Made by a program: the position numbers and the translations under genes. Positions 40,462 to 50,753 of a stretch of 64,000 nt of DNA are shown here, piece after piece. The DNA is from Nitrospirota bacterium (GTDB lineage Bacteria; Nitrospirota; Thermodesulfovibrionia; Thermodesulfovibrionales; Dissulfurispiraceae): contig CAWBMP010000004.1 in NCBI GenBank assembly GCA_963790025.1, positions 800,001 through 864,000 on the forward strand. The letters run 5' to 3'. The notes beneath the pieces were generated by a model. That model was not told where the DNA came from. It worked only from the letters and a program-made list of their open reading frames with translations, and did not search any database. How positions within the stretch are numbered: position 1 is the first letter of the stretch; every line of letters starts with the position of its first letter.

Positions 40462-41736
40462 TTATAGATTCCCTCGTAGCCTCTCCGCTTCGAGAACCCG
40501 TCTTATAGCCAGCTGGTAAGCGGATCTTCTCATCCTGCAGCATTTTTCACTGCATGCGGCATACACATCGTTAAAAGCGCTTACCATGATATGTTTCAGG
40601 TTCCGCAGGACCTTTTCTTCCGACCAGTAGCTGCCATTGAGGTTTTGGCTCCATTCAAAATAACTCACTGCCACTCCGCCTGCGTTTGCGAGCACATCCG
40701 GAATAACCATTATATTTTTGTCGAAGAAGATTTTATCCGCATCTATCGTAGTCGGTGCATTGGCCAGTTCGAGGATAATCCCGGACCTTACATTGTCTGC
40801 ATTGCCACTGTGGAGTTGGTCGGAAAGGGCAGCGGGCACAAGGATATCACAATCACATGCCAGCAGTTCCTCATTAGTAATGTTCCTAGTGCTTTTATAA
40901 TTGAGAAGGCTCCCTTTTGATTCCTGGTAATGTATTACCCCCGGCATATCCAGCCCGGCCGGGTCTATGATGCCCCCTTCTATCGCGCTTACCGCAACTA
41001 CTCTGTATCCCATCTCAAAAAAAAGACGCGCCGCATTTTTCCCCACATTGCCGAATCCCTGGATCGCAACTCTGGTCTTGCTTCTTTCCATTCCCGTTTT
41101 CTTCATCGCCTCTTCAAGAACATAGATGCCTCCGAGGGCAGTGGAATAATTCCTCGTCTTCGTTCCTCCCAGCTCAACCGGTTTTCCAGTAACGACAGCC
41201 GGCACATGTTCACTCTGTATTCTTTCGAACTCATCCATGATCCAGACCATTATTTTTTCGTCGGTAAAAACGTCGGGCGCCGGGATGTCCTTGAAGGGGC
41301 CGATAAAGTTATTTATTGCCCGGATGTACCCCCGCGTCAACTGCTCCAGCTCATTTTTGCTGAGTTCCCTTGGGTCCACGACTACCCCGCCCTTTGAACC
41401 TCCGAAAGGAATATTTACCACCGCGCATTTTAGCACCATCAAAAACGCCAGGTCCTTTACGTGATCAATCGTCAAGTCGGGATGAAACCTTATCCCGCCC
41501 TTGGCCGGCCCTCTAGCATCGTTGTACTGAACACGATGCCCTATGAACATCCTCGTTTTCCCCGTGTCCATTCTGACCGGAAAATGCACTGTGAAGGAGC
41601 GCCTCGGCATAGCAAGCAATTCCAGTTCCTCCGCCGCCAGTTCCATGTCGGTATAAAGTTCACTAATTTCCTGCATGAACAGCTTGCAGATGTTTCTATC
41701 ATCGATATGTATTCTTTCATGCAAATTAGTTATCAT
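40462..41736 (-). CDS. gdhA: Glu/Leu/Phe/Val dehydrogenase, probably glutamate dehydrogenase
   Basis: GPAKGGIRFH, GGSKGG, DIPAPD, QGFGNVG, NAGGV..SYFEW. Confidence 0.9.
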   Translation of the reverse strand: MITNLHERIHIDDRNICKLFMQEISELYTDMELAAEELELLAMPRRSFTVHFPVRMDTGKTRMFIGHRVQYNDARGPAKGGIRFHPDLTIDHVKDLAFLMVLKCAVVNIPFGGSKGGVVVDPRELSKNELEQLTRGYIRAINNFIGPFKDIPAPDVFTDEKIMVWIMDEFERIQSEHVPAVVTGKPVELGGTKTRNYSTALGGIYVLEEAMKKTGMERSKTRVAIQGFGNVGKNAARLFFEMGYRVVAVSAIEGGIIDPAGLDMPGVIHYQESKGSLLNYKSTRNITNEELLACDCDILVPAALSDQLHSGNADNVRSGIILELANAPTTIDADKIFFDKNIMVIPDVLANAGGVAVSYFEWSQNLNGSYWSEEKVLRNLKHIMVSAFNDVYAACSEKCCRMRRSAYQLAIRRVLEAERLRGNL

Positions 41737-41989
41737 TACCAGGCGCCTCCTTCCTATTCTTCGCTTTGAATATTTTACAGGGAAAAACGGGGTCACCGAA
41801 AATCGAAGGTTTTGGGGGTGCTAGTCGGGGTCCCCACCTTCTTAATTCTCGGTATGATGGGAATTATATAATTATTGCTTGGTTTGTTGTCAATTCAATG
41901 GGAGGGGTTGTGCCTGCACTCGATAAATTGTGCTATTGTTAATTAATCCTTATTTATTGCATTATTAAGACAATCGGGATGGTGCTATT

Positions 41990-42733
41990 TTGATAAAACG
42001 CTTTACGTGGGAAATCGTGATAGGCCTTTCACTGGTAGCGCTATCGGCGGTCCTCTTCCTCGCGCAGATCGGAATTTTCCATAGTTCAAGAGACACCTTC
42101 TTCTATCTCTTGCAGGACCTCGCCTTTCTTCCGATTCAGGTACTGTTGGTCACGACAATTCTCGATCAACTGCTGACCCTGAGGGAAAGGCAGAACATGC
42201 TGAAAAAACTCAACATGGTAATAGGCGTCTTTTTCAACGAGGCGGGTACGGACCTCTTGAGAATTTTATCAGAATTCGGGTCTCTTCCTGATCATCTCAG
42301 CAAGGAGCTTCTCATATCGGATAAATGGGGAAACGGAAGGTTTACCGCATCAATAAATATTTTCAAAACCCATAAGCATCAAATCAATGTGGGAGACGAA
42401 AGGATAGAAAGGCTGCGGCATTTCCTCCTCGACAAAAGGGACTTTCTGCTGGTGCTGCTCGAGAACCCTACCCTTCTTGAGCATGACACTTTCACGGACC
42501 TTTTGCTGGCTGTATTACATATCGCCGACGAACTTGTCCACAGGCAAGATATGTTGGACCTTCCCGAGAGCGACTACAGGCATCTGGCAGGAGACATCCA
42601 AAGGGCTTACCAGTTGCTCATCATCGAATGGCTTTCCTACATGAAGCATTTGAAGGAGGACTATCCTTATCTATTCTCTCTCGCTATCAGGACAAACCCA
42701 TTTGATGCCAAGGCCTCACCGATTGTCAGATGA
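41990..42733 (+). CDS. membrane-anchored hypothetical protein
   Basis: Two N-terminal TM segments; 247-aa ORF. Confidence 0.75.
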   Translation: MIKRFTWEIVIGLSLVALSAVLFLAQIGIFHSSRDTFFYLLQDLAFLPIQVLLVTTILDQLLTLRERQNMLKKLNMVIGVFFNEAGTDLLRILSEFGSLPDHLSKELLISDKWGNGRFTASINIFKTHKHQINVGDERIERLRHFLLDKRDFLLVLLENPTLLEHDTFTDLLLAVLHIADELVHRQDMLDLPESDYRHLAGDIQRAYQLLIIEWLSYMKHLKEDYPYLFSLAIRTNPFDAKASPIVR

Positions 42734-42774
42734 TGTTAAGGATTCAGCATCGCCACTGTTTTTTTATATGCCCC

Positions 42775-43275
42775 TTAATAATGGATGGATGCTACAACAA
42801 ATGTAGCGGAGCCGTTTGGTCTGTTCACGGTGACATCGTCACCCTCTGACTTGCGCAACAGTGCTTTTGCCATAGGCGAATCAATACTGATAAATCCCCT
42901 GTCGGGATCAAATTCATCGGGGCCTACAATACGATACCTGTAAACGTTTCCATCGGCATCCTCAATTTCAACCCATGCGCCAAAAAATACCCTGGAAGTG
43001 TCATCGGGTATCCTATCCACCACAATCAACTCCCCCAGTCGTTTTGAAAGAAAACGTATGCGGGAATCAATCTGCCTCAACTCTTTCTTGCCGTAAATAT
43101 AATCCGCGTTCTCAGACCTGTCCCCCATGGCAGCGGCTTCAGCTACAGCCCGGGTGACCTGGGGACGTTTAATCTTCCAAAGATACGACAGTTCCTCACT
43201 CAAACGCATCTGTCCTTCAGGGGTAATATAGGACGAGACACTCGTTTTTCTATGCAAAGACCGCCGGGCTCTCAA
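42775..43275 (-). CDS. greB: transcription elongation factor GreB
   Basis: YITPEG, GDRSENADYIYGK, VFFGAWV, ISIDSPMA. Confidence 0.93.
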   Translation of the reverse strand: MRARRSLHRKTSVSSYITPEGQMRLSEELSYLWKIKRPQVTRAVAEAAAMGDRSENADYIYGKKELRQIDSRIRFLSKRLGELIVVDRIPDDTSRVFFGAWVEIEDADGNVYRYRIVGPDEFDPDRGFISIDSPMAKALLRKSEGDDVTVNRPNGSATFVVASIHY

Positions 43276-43310
43276 TGGACAATAAAAGCAGGAACAGCAC
43301 TGTTATAAGT

Positions 43311-43670
43311 TTATACGTATTGTATGGCAACTTCGTAAACCATAGCCGAGTGGTCCGCAGACAGGCCGCCTTCACAACGGAGCTCTCCTTTTGATCCCTC
43401 TTTGCGGTTTCCAACCATCGAGGTTATTATCCGGGTGAAATCGAAGCCACCTTCAACACACTCCTTGCTCAAACAGTCTACCGTGAAAAAAGCATAACTG
43501 CTGGGAAAGAAATTAACAGTCCGAGGCATCGATTGCCTTATCCCCCGTTGGCTGTACATAATGCTGATGACGATACCCGAGACTTCAGGGAAGAGAGCGG
43601 CCACTAAGCCTGAATCTATTTTGCGTTGCCTTCTTTCTGTCCTCGCTACCCGCTTCTCAGTGTTAGTCAT
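43311..43670 (-). CDS. hypothetical protein with possible metal-binding Cys/His
   Basis: CLSKEC...C...H; G-rich RBS. Confidence 0.75.
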   Translation of the reverse strand: MTNTEKRVARTERRQRKIDSGLVAALFPEVSGIVISIMYSQRGIRQSMPRTVNFFPSSYAFFTVDCLSKECVEGGFDFTRIITSMVGNRKEGSKGELRCEGGLSADHSAMVYEVAIQYV

Positions 43671-43706
43671 TTCTTGTTCCCCCTTTTACCAAAAAATAAA
43701 ACCATG

Positions 43707-43773
43707 AAGGACCTCAATAAAAAAGCCGCAAAGATCAGCGTCTTTGTGGCCTCTCACCAATGCTAATGTCCTT
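43707..43773 (-). promoter_or_regulatory. structured 5' leader with terminator-like hairpin
   Basis: GCCACAAAGA-cgctga-TCTTTGCGGC-TTTTTT enclosed by an AAGGAC/GTCCTT pair, upstream of the 43670 start. Confidence 0.55.
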
Positions 43774-43872
43774 AAAGCTCTAAGTGTAGATTAACACATC
43801 CTCCGAAGTTCGTCAATCAGAAGTCCGGGAACGCTTAAGCGCCTGCTCCTTAGTACATGGTCCGTCGACTGT

Positions 43873-44175
43873 TTAATTGTTTGATAATGCGATGGGATAG
43901 CCGAGTATTCTATCCACAGGCGCCGAAATCTTCCTGGCTGAGACACCCTCTTCGTTAAGAAAAGACACAAATTCAATGAATGTACTGAACTTGTGTATAT
44001 TGTATATTTTCCATAAGTCCCTTACAGTTTCAGGTTTGCCATCGAATAGCAAACTGTTTTCTCCCGTATTAATATAAAAAGGCATATCTTTCCCGGCCCT
44101 TAATCTCCAATGCTTAAACTCCCAGAGTCTGACACCATAATCAACTACACCGTTATCGATTTTCATTTTTTCCAC
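43873..44175 (-). CDS. hypothetical protein
   Basis: 100-aa ORF preceded by a sigma-28-like promoter. Confidence 0.55.
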   Translation of the reverse strand: MEKMKIDNGVVDYGVRLWEFKHWRLRAGKDMPFYINTGENSLLFDGKPETVRDLWKIYNIHKFSTFIEFVSFLNEEGVSARKISAPVDRILGYPIALSNN

Positions 44176-44183
44176 CTATATTA

Positions 44184-44210
44184 TTATCGGTTAAACCACG
44201 AAAATACTTA
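44184..44210 (-). promoter_or_regulatory. sigma-28 (FliA)-like promoter
   Basis: TAAG-N15-ACCGATAA. Confidence 0.5.
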
Positions 44211-44272
44211 ACTCGGGTTTGATTAAAATCACCCCCGCTGCAGCCGCTTCAAGGAGGAAGAAATAAATAGTA

Positions 44273-44596
44273 CTATTGAAGCTCAGTGTGGCTTACTAAT
44301 AATTTCCGTTTTTTCGTGTCTTCCTTTTCTTTGATTACTTTTGTATTTTCGGGACCAGTGCTTTCAGAAAAAGCGATGGGTGAAAATTTGATGCCATTCA
44401 TATAAAAATATTGTTGGCCATCTTTACCGGATTCCTTCATGGCTGATTTAATGTCCAGGAAAGCCATTTTATAGCCTGTTTCAAAAACACCGCTGAAATT
44501 TACCGCTACAACCCACCCTGCTATAAATGCGGGTACCCCTATTGCCAAAAAAACGAACATTACCGCTTTGTATAATTCGAACTTGACTGTTTTCAT
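44273..44596 (-). CDS. single-TM hypothetical protein
   Basis: GAGGAGG RBS, N-terminal TM. Confidence 0.65.
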   Translation of the reverse strand: MKTVKFELYKAVMFVFLAIGVPAFIAGWVVAVNFSGVFETGYKMAFLDIKSAMKESGKDGQQYFYMNGIKFSPIAFSESTGPENTKVIKEKEDTKKRKLLVSHTELQ

Positions 44597-44838
44597 TGAT
44601 GACCTCCTCTAATCCTTGTGCTTATTGTCAAAATCTAAAAGGCTAAGCCACCCTCTAGAACACCGCGTAACTCTTTGATAGTAAGAAGTTATTGAAAAAT
44701 CTATAGCAAAAAAGAAAATAATTCTCTCAGTCTTCTTTTGAGAGATTTTCTTTGGAAGTACTCAGGGCTCTTTTACTAAAGAATAGCACTTTATTTTAAA
44801 AAAGCAATATGGGAGTTTTATACTAACATAGGTGTGAC

Positions 44839-46155
44839 TTAATTGTCCAGCAGTATTACCTGTATATCCATGACATTTGTCCCGGTCGGCCCGGTAATAA
44901 CAAGATCATCAATTATCTTGAAAAAAGTATACGAATCGTTATTCTTTAGATACTCCCTTGGGTCAATACCGGCTGATAAGGCTTTTGCCACAGTTTGACC
45001 GTCTGCAACTGCTCCTGCTGCATCCGTCGGTCCATCGGTACCGTCTGTGCCTGCTGAAAGAAAAGTAATACCTGACAGCCCTTCTATTTCCATCCCGAAA
45101 ACAAGGCAGAGTTCCGTATTCCTTCCTCCCTTGCCGTTTCCTTTAACAGTAACGGTTGTTTCTCCTCCTGCGACAAGACATACTTTGTCTCCCGGATTTA
45201 ATGTCTTTTTTAAAGCGATCGCTTTTTTTGCAAGATCCATGGCAACAAGTGACGCTTCCCCGCTCAGTTCGGTGGAAAGAACAGTTGTCTTGTATCCCGC
45301 CGACTCTGCAGCTTCCTTCGCTGCGTACGCGGCTATCTTGTTGCTTCCGATGATGATATTATTTACCCGTTGAAAAAGGGGATTATCGTCTTTTGGAGTC
45401 TCAGGGATGACCCCCTGTAACCCTTTGTTGATTATTTCGGCAACACTTGAGGGTATCCTGGACTCCAACTTATATTTTTGCATGACATTCAGGGTATCAC
45501 GATACGTTGTTTTGTCCGGAGATGTTGGCCCAGACGCAATGACATCGAGCCTGTCACCAATGACATCGGAGAGAATCAGAGATATAATTATTGCAGGATA
45601 GGCTGCTTCAGCAAGCCTGCCTCCTTTTACTGCTGAAAGGTGCTTTCTTACGGCATTAAGCTCAAAAACATCAGCCCCTGCCTTGAGCAGCAGGTCCGTG
45701 ACTTTTTGTTTGTCTGCCAGCGTTATGCCTCTGCAAGGTGATACGAGAAGAGCAGATCCTCCTCCCGATATGAGGCAAATGATCAGTGTATCTTTGTTCG
45801 CATCTTTGAGCAGCCGCATGACTTCCTGAGCGGCTTTTAATCCGTTCTCATCGGGTATCGGATGCCCCGATTCATAGGTCACTATCTTGCCGCTTTCATC
45901 GTTCCACACCGAATGACCGTACTTTGTTACTATTATTCCGCAGTCGATTAAGTCTCCGGCAGCATCTTTGATCGCCCTTGACATGGTTGAAGCCGCCTTG
46001 CCGAAACCTATAAGAATAAGTCTTTTGAACTTGCCGTTCCTGTATGTTGAGAGAACTGTCTCTGAGTGCAGGGCCACTGCTTTATATGGGTCCACTGCCG
46101 ACAGTGATTTGTTGAAAATCTCTCTAATTGCACTTTTGGGAGCATCATTTATCAT
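44839..46155 (-). CDS. glycerate 2-kinase (MOFRL/TtuD family)
   Basis: GFGKAA, HPIPD, ISGGGSAL, GGETTV, GGRN, GTDGTDGPT, TGTNVMD. Confidence 0.93.
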   Translation of the reverse strand: MINDAPKSAIREIFNKSLSAVDPYKAVALHSETVLSTYRNGKFKRLILIGFGKAASTMSRAIKDAAGDLIDCGIIVTKYGHSVWNDESGKIVTYESGHPIPDENGLKAAQEVMRLLKDANKDTLIICLISGGGSALLVSPCRGITLADKQKVTDLLLKAGADVFELNAVRKHLSAVKGGRLAEAAYPAIIISLILSDVIGDRLDVIASGPTSPDKTTYRDTLNVMQKYKLESRIPSSVAEIINKGLQGVIPETPKDDNPLFQRVNNIIIGSNKIAAYAAKEAAESAGYKTTVLSTELSGEASLVAMDLAKKAIALKKTLNPGDKVCLVAGGETTVTVKGNGKGGRNTELCLVFGMEIEGLSGITFLSAGTDGTDGPTDAAGAVADGQTVAKALSAGIDPREYLKNNDSYTFFKIIDDLVITGPTGTNVMDIQVILLDN

Positions 46156-46176
46156 CCAAATATCCTCTCGGCATGC

Positions 46177-47457
46177 TTACGGAACAAACAGCGGTATCAC
46201 GTAAGGTCCTTCGGGAATCACGGCCACGCGAAGGTCACCCTGGGACTTCACGCTTGCAGTGACAGCGGCTGATGGCGATGCGATCATGGCGACACCGGTA
46301 AGTGCCTGCTGATCTTTCGTCAGTCCTTCGGTGTACAGATAAATATTAGCCCTTTTCATCGCCTTGACCTGCATCTCAGTCTGCCATTCATCGATCGCGG
46401 CGTAACGTTTCTCGATAATTCCCTGGAGAAACCTTTCGGGTCCATGGTCAACCAGGCACGTCTGGGCTTCAGCATAGTCGGGTGACCCCATTCCCTCGGA
46501 ACATGCCGAGACAATTATGAGATCCCCGCCAGGCTCCAATATCTCCAGCGCGCCTACCATGCCCTTAACAGTCTGGTAGTAAGTCTTATCCAGCGGATAG
46601 CCCGCAGAACTGGTGACAACAGTTTTGAACCTGCGGTTGAGTGGAATCTCTGCATAGGGCCGCACGAATGAAACGGCTTCAAGATGGCTCTCCCCGATCT
46701 CTCCGAAATTGACGAAGGATATCCGGCGTTCCTCATCGATGACCGTATTTACAGCCAGGCACTTCCCCACCATTCGAACTATCTCCATCTGGGCAGCATG
46801 CAGCGGATTGCCCTCGAGCACGCAGTTGGCAGCCTTGCAATGCTCAAGGACCCGCGCACAATGGAACGCCCGGATCGTGTTCTCATGGGCAATGCCGGGG
46901 GCCGCGATTTTTCTTCCACCGGAATAGCCAGCCATGAAATGCGGCTCCACCAGCCCTACAACTATGCGAAGATCAGCCTGGAGAAACCGTTTGTCGAGCC
47001 TTGCCTCTATTCCGTCCGACGTAGTCCCGATGTACTCGTGATCATCATCCCTGCGTGCGAAGTGGTTGACGACGGACACTGTTTCAAAGACCCAGTCGCT
47101 TCCCACCAGTTCATGAAGTTCATCTCCTTCATTAGGCCGATGAAGACCGGTAGCAACCAGAACAGTGATAGAATCGGGATTCATTCCGGCCTCGATCAGT
47201 TCCTTGATCAAGGGGGGAAGAAGAAGGCCGTTGGGTACCGGCCGGGTTATATCACAAATGAGAATGCAGGCACTGCTGCAGCCTTTCGCCTCTTCACGGA
47301 GAGCTTTGGAGTTCACAGGGTCCGCAAAGGCAGCTTTGATGGCCTTCTCAGGGTCTTTCAAAACAGGCATGGCTTTCTTCTGAATAAGTGTTACGTCGAT
47401 ATTGCCTGGAAGGTCAAGAGATAATCCCTCTTTCCCGTATCTCATGGTTATATTCAT
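46177..47457 (-). CDS. larA: LarA-family nickel-pincer 2-hydroxyacid racemase/epimerase
   Basis: DITRPVPN, ATGLHR, EPHFMAGYSGGRK, YQTVKG. Confidence 0.88.
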   Translation of the reverse strand: MNITMRYGKEGLSLDLPGNIDVTLIQKKAMPVLKDPEKAIKAAFADPVNSKALREEAKGCSSACILICDITRPVPNGLLLPPLIKELIEAGMNPDSITVLVATGLHRPNEGDELHELVGSDWVFETVSVVNHFARRDDDHEYIGTTSDGIEARLDKRFLQADLRIVVGLVEPHFMAGYSGGRKIAAPGIAHENTIRAFHCARVLEHCKAANCVLEGNPLHAAQMEIVRMVGKCLAVNTVIDEERRISFVNFGEIGESHLEAVSFVRPYAEIPLNRRFKTVVTSSAGYPLDKTYYQTVKGMVGALEILEPGGDLIIVSACSEGMGSPDYAEAQTCLVDHGPERFLQGIIEKRYAAIDEWQTEMQVKAMKRANIYLYTEGLTKDQQALTGVAMIASPSAAVTASVKSQGDLRVAVIPEGPYVIPLFVP

Positions 47458-47483
47458 GACTGGTCCTCCCCAAATAGATAGGT

Positions 47484-48188
47484 TCACATGCCAAGGTACG
47501 CTTCTCGGACATGATCACTCTTCAGCAGTTCCTGACCCTGGCCCTCCATGACAATGCGTCCTGTTTGAAGAACATAGGCGCGCCCGGAAATTTCAAGGGC
47601 TTCGTAGACATTCTGCTCTACAAGCAGAACAGTGACACCCCGTGCATTGATCTCCCTGACAATCTTAAAGATGTCCGAGACCAGTTTTGGGCCGAGTCCC
47701 AGGGATGGCTCATCCAGTATTAGCAGCGATGGGTTAGACATAAGACCCCTGGCTATAGCCAATTCCTGCTGTTCGCCGCCGCTGAATGTGTCGGAGCGCT
47801 GACCCTGCCGTTCCTTCAGTATGGGAAACAGATTGAAGACGGTCTGCAGATGCTTTTCGATGTCTGCACTGGATTTGACGGCGTAACCTCCAAGGAGCAG
47901 ATTGTCGAGTACGGACAAGCGACCAAAAAGCTTCCTCCCCTCGGGGATCATGGATATGCCCATCTTAACGATATCATAGGGAGGGGTCTGTTGAATTTGA
48001 GCGCCTTTGAAGATGATCTCTCCTTTCTCCGGGTGAATAAGGCCGGCGATGGTTTTGACCAGAGTGGATTTTCCCGCGCCGTTGGAACCGATAAGGCTGA
48101 CAATCTCTCCTTCGTTGATCTTGAAAGACACATCCTGAATGGCAAGGAGACCCTTATAACCAACGGAAATGTTATTTAGAGATAGCAC
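47484..48188 (-). CDS. LivF-type ABC ATP-binding protein
   Basis: GSNGAGKST, PEGR, SGGEQQ, LDEPSLGL. Confidence 0.92.
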   Translation of the reverse strand: MLSLNNISVGYKGLLAIQDVSFKINEGEIVSLIGSNGAGKSTLVKTIAGLIHPEKGEIIFKGAQIQQTPPYDIVKMGISMIPEGRKLFGRLSVLDNLLLGGYAVKSSADIEKHLQTVFNLFPILKERQGQRSDTFSGGEQQELAIARGLMSNPSLLILDEPSLGLGPKLVSDIFKIVREINARGVTVLLVEQNVYEALEISGRAYVLQTGRIVMEGQGQELLKSDHVREAYLGM

Positions 48189-48912
48189 AGTATTTTTCCC
48201 CTAAATAGGCTTGAATAACTTCCCGGTCGGAGCACACTTCCTTCGGGGTGCCTTCCATTATTTTCTTGCCGCAATTCAGGACAATAACACGGTCGGAGAT
48301 CTGCATCACGGCTTCCATCACATGCTCGACTACGATCAGGGTCATTCCTTTGTCCCGGATTTTCCTTAAGAGATCTATGATCTCGCGCAATTCGACTTTC
48401 GTGAGTCCAGCCATGGATTCGTCCAGCATCAGCAACCGCGGCTGCGTGGCAAGTGCCATAGAGACCTCCAGCCGCTTCTTATCAGCAATTGTGAGCTGGG
48501 TCGCCAGAAAATCCTTCTTCCCGTAAAGACCCGTGAAGGTCAATATCTCGCCGGCCTTTTCCATGGCCTGCTGGACAAGGTGATAACGCAGGAGCGCACC
48601 TGTCATCACGTTTTCGAGGACCGTCATGTCGCTTATAGTCTCAACGATCTGGAAGGTGCGCGCTACGCCAAGTTTGCAGACCTTGTCGGCCCGCAGGCGT
48701 GTGATGTCCTTGCCATAGAAGAAAACCTTGCCGTTGTCCGGCTTATAAAAGCCGGTCACACAGTTGAACAGTGTGGATTTCCCCGCCCCGTTCGGACCTA
48801 TAACACTGACGATTTCCCCTTCCTCAACAGAGAAGTGGATATCGTTGTTTGCCGCAAGGCCGCCAAACCGCTTCGACAACCCCTCGACTTTCAAACAGAT
48901 CGTCTTGTTCAT
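48172..48912 (-). CDS. LivG-type ABC ATP-binding protein
   Basis: GPNGAGKST, ARTFQ, VEH, AYLG. Confidence 0.92.
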   Translation of the reverse strand: MNKTICLKVEGLSKRFGGLAANNDIHFSVEEGEIVSVIGPNGAGKSTLFNCVTGFYKPDNGKVFFYGKDITRLRADKVCKLGVARTFQIVETISDMTVLENVMTGALLRYHLVQQAMEKAGEILTFTGLYGKKDFLATQLTIADKKRLEVSMALATQPRLLMLDESMAGLTKVELREIIDLLRKIRDKGMTLIVVEHVMEAVMQISDRVIVLNCGKKIMEGTPKEVCSDREVIQAYLGEKYCAISK

Positions 48913-49874
48913 TTTGATTTCCCGCTCATCCTGCAAATAAGCTTCCAGACCCCTTCGGGATAGTACATGGAAATAAGCGTGATCAATAAACCGTATATCA
49001 GCATATCTATTCCTGTTCCCTTGTAACCGAGGGCGACACGCGTGTATTCCGAGGCGGGTATCAGTATGGCAGCGCCGATTACAGGTCCCATTATGCTTCC
49101 GGCCCCCCCCAGCATTGAGATGAGAACTATCTGGATCGATATGGCAAGAAGCATGACGCTCCCAGGGTCAATGTAAAGAATATACTGGGCGTAAAAAGTG
49201 CCAGCCATGGCGCTCAGAAAAGCGCTTATCATAATGGCGATCAAACGGTACCTGACAACATCTACCCCGAGGACTTGTGCGATTTTATGGCTCTCCTTGA
49301 TAGCGCGGAAATAGTAGCCCATTTTAGAGGTGGCAACAAAATAGCAGACGGCCAAAGAAATGAGAAGGAAGACAAGCATTATATAGTAGTAAGGCAATTT
49401 TGAAGAGTTGAACAGGAAATTGGAGAAGGACTCGTTCTGCATGGGCAGGGAGAGGCCTTCTGCCGCTCCCACCATCTGCCAGTTATTGAATACAATTCTG
49501 ACGATTTCAGCAAAGGCGATGCTGGCAATTGCAAAATAGTGGCCCCTCAGGTTCGAACAGGGATAACCGATAGATGCCGCTACCAGTGCCGCAGCGCAGC
49601 CCCCTGCGACAAGTCCTATCCACGGGTTAATCCCGAAAGTGATGGACAGATAGGAAGAAGTATAAGCGCCGATGCCGAAAAAGGCCGCCTGTCCGAAAGA
49701 AAACATGCCGGCATAGCCTCCCATGATGTTCCACGCGACTCCCAGCATGCCGAACATGAACACGAGGATCATTACGTGAATATGAAAGGACTGCTGAACA
49801 ACCAGGGGAAAGACAAGCAGCAGCATTAGAAAGACAACTCCCGGAATAATCTGTCGAATCGTTAAATTACGCAA
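48909..49874 (-). CDS. LivM-type ABC permease
   Basis: GYAGMFSFGQAAFFGIGAY, LRGHYFAI. Confidence 0.92.
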   Translation of the reverse strand: MRNLTIRQIIPGVVFLMLLLVFPLVVQQSFHIHVMILVFMFGMLGVAWNIMGGYAGMFSFGQAAFFGIGAYTSSYLSITFGINPWIGLVAGGCAAALVAASIGYPCSNLRGHYFAIASIAFAEIVRIVFNNWQMVGAAEGLSLPMQNESFSNFLFNSSKLPYYYIMLVFLLISLAVCYFVATSKMGYYFRAIKESHKIAQVLGVDVVRYRLIAIMISAFLSAMAGTFYAQYILYIDPGSVMLLAISIQIVLISMLGGAGSIMGPVIGAAILIPASEYTRVALGYKGTGIDMLIYGLLITLISMYYPEGVWKLICRMSGKSK

Positions 49875-49877
49875 TGG

Positions 49878-50738
49878 CTACCATCCCAGGAGGCCCTGCG
49901 GTCTTATCCAGATTGTAATGAGATATATCATGAACACAACAGCATACTTGTAAGACGGGTCAAAAAAGAAACCGCCCAAGGTCTGTGCCAGCCCTACGAG
50001 GATTCCAGCGATAAAGGCCCCTTCGATACTGCCGAACCCGCCCAGGGCCACAACACAAAAAGCGATAGTGCCGAACAGGCCGCCCACTTGCGGATAGATG
50101 TAGTAATAAGTTGACAGGAAGGCCCCCGCCACTCCGACGAGGGCCGCACCGATTCCAAAAGAAAGGGAGTTGATGCGCTCGGTATTGATACCCATAAGAA
50201 GGGCCGCCTCGCGGTCCATTTCCGTTGCTAGAATCGCCTTGCCGGTTTTAGTCTTCTTCAGGAAAAAAAACATGGAGACAGACGCGATTACGCTCCCTAT
50301 CGAAGCTGCAACTTTTGGGATGCTCAGGTCGACGCCCCCGAATTGCCACGTGCCCTGGAGTATTGTGGCAGGCAGAAGCCTGAAATCCGGGGTCCAGAAA
50401 TAAACGGCCAGATTAGAGATAAATATGCTCACCCCAAAGGTAACTACCAGTTGCGCCAGCATGGGCCCCTTCATCACCTTGCTTACAATGAAGCGATAGA
50501 TCAGCGTACCCATGATAAACATGAGGAAGAAACATATGGGAATCGAAAAAATTGGGTCGATACCGAACAGGGTAAAGAGCCAGAACGAGGTAAACATCCC
50601 GAGCATCAGGAATTCGCCGTGGGCGAAATTAACGATGTTCATGACGCCCCATATGAGTGTCAACCCGATAGCGATCAGTGAATACATCAGGCCGATTAAT
50701 AAACCATCGGCAAGCTGCTGAAGCAATTGGTCAGGCAT
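49878..50738 (-). CDS. LivH-type ABC permease
   Basis: GLTLIWGVMNIVNFAHG, RPQGLLG. Confidence 0.92.
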   Translation of the reverse strand: MPDQLLQQLADGLLIGLMYSLIAIGLTLIWGVMNIVNFAHGEFLMLGMFTSFWLFTLFGIDPIFSIPICFFLMFIMGTLIYRFIVSKVMKGPMLAQLVVTFGVSIFISNLAVYFWTPDFRLLPATILQGTWQFGGVDLSIPKVAASIGSVIASVSMFFFLKKTKTGKAILATEMDREAALLMGINTERINSLSFGIGAALVGVAGAFLSTYYYIYPQVGGLFGTIAFCVVALGGFGSIEGAFIAGILVGLAQTLGGFFFDPSYKYAVVFMIYLITIWIRPQGLLGW

Positions 50739-50753
50739 AAATTGGTCGGGTTC

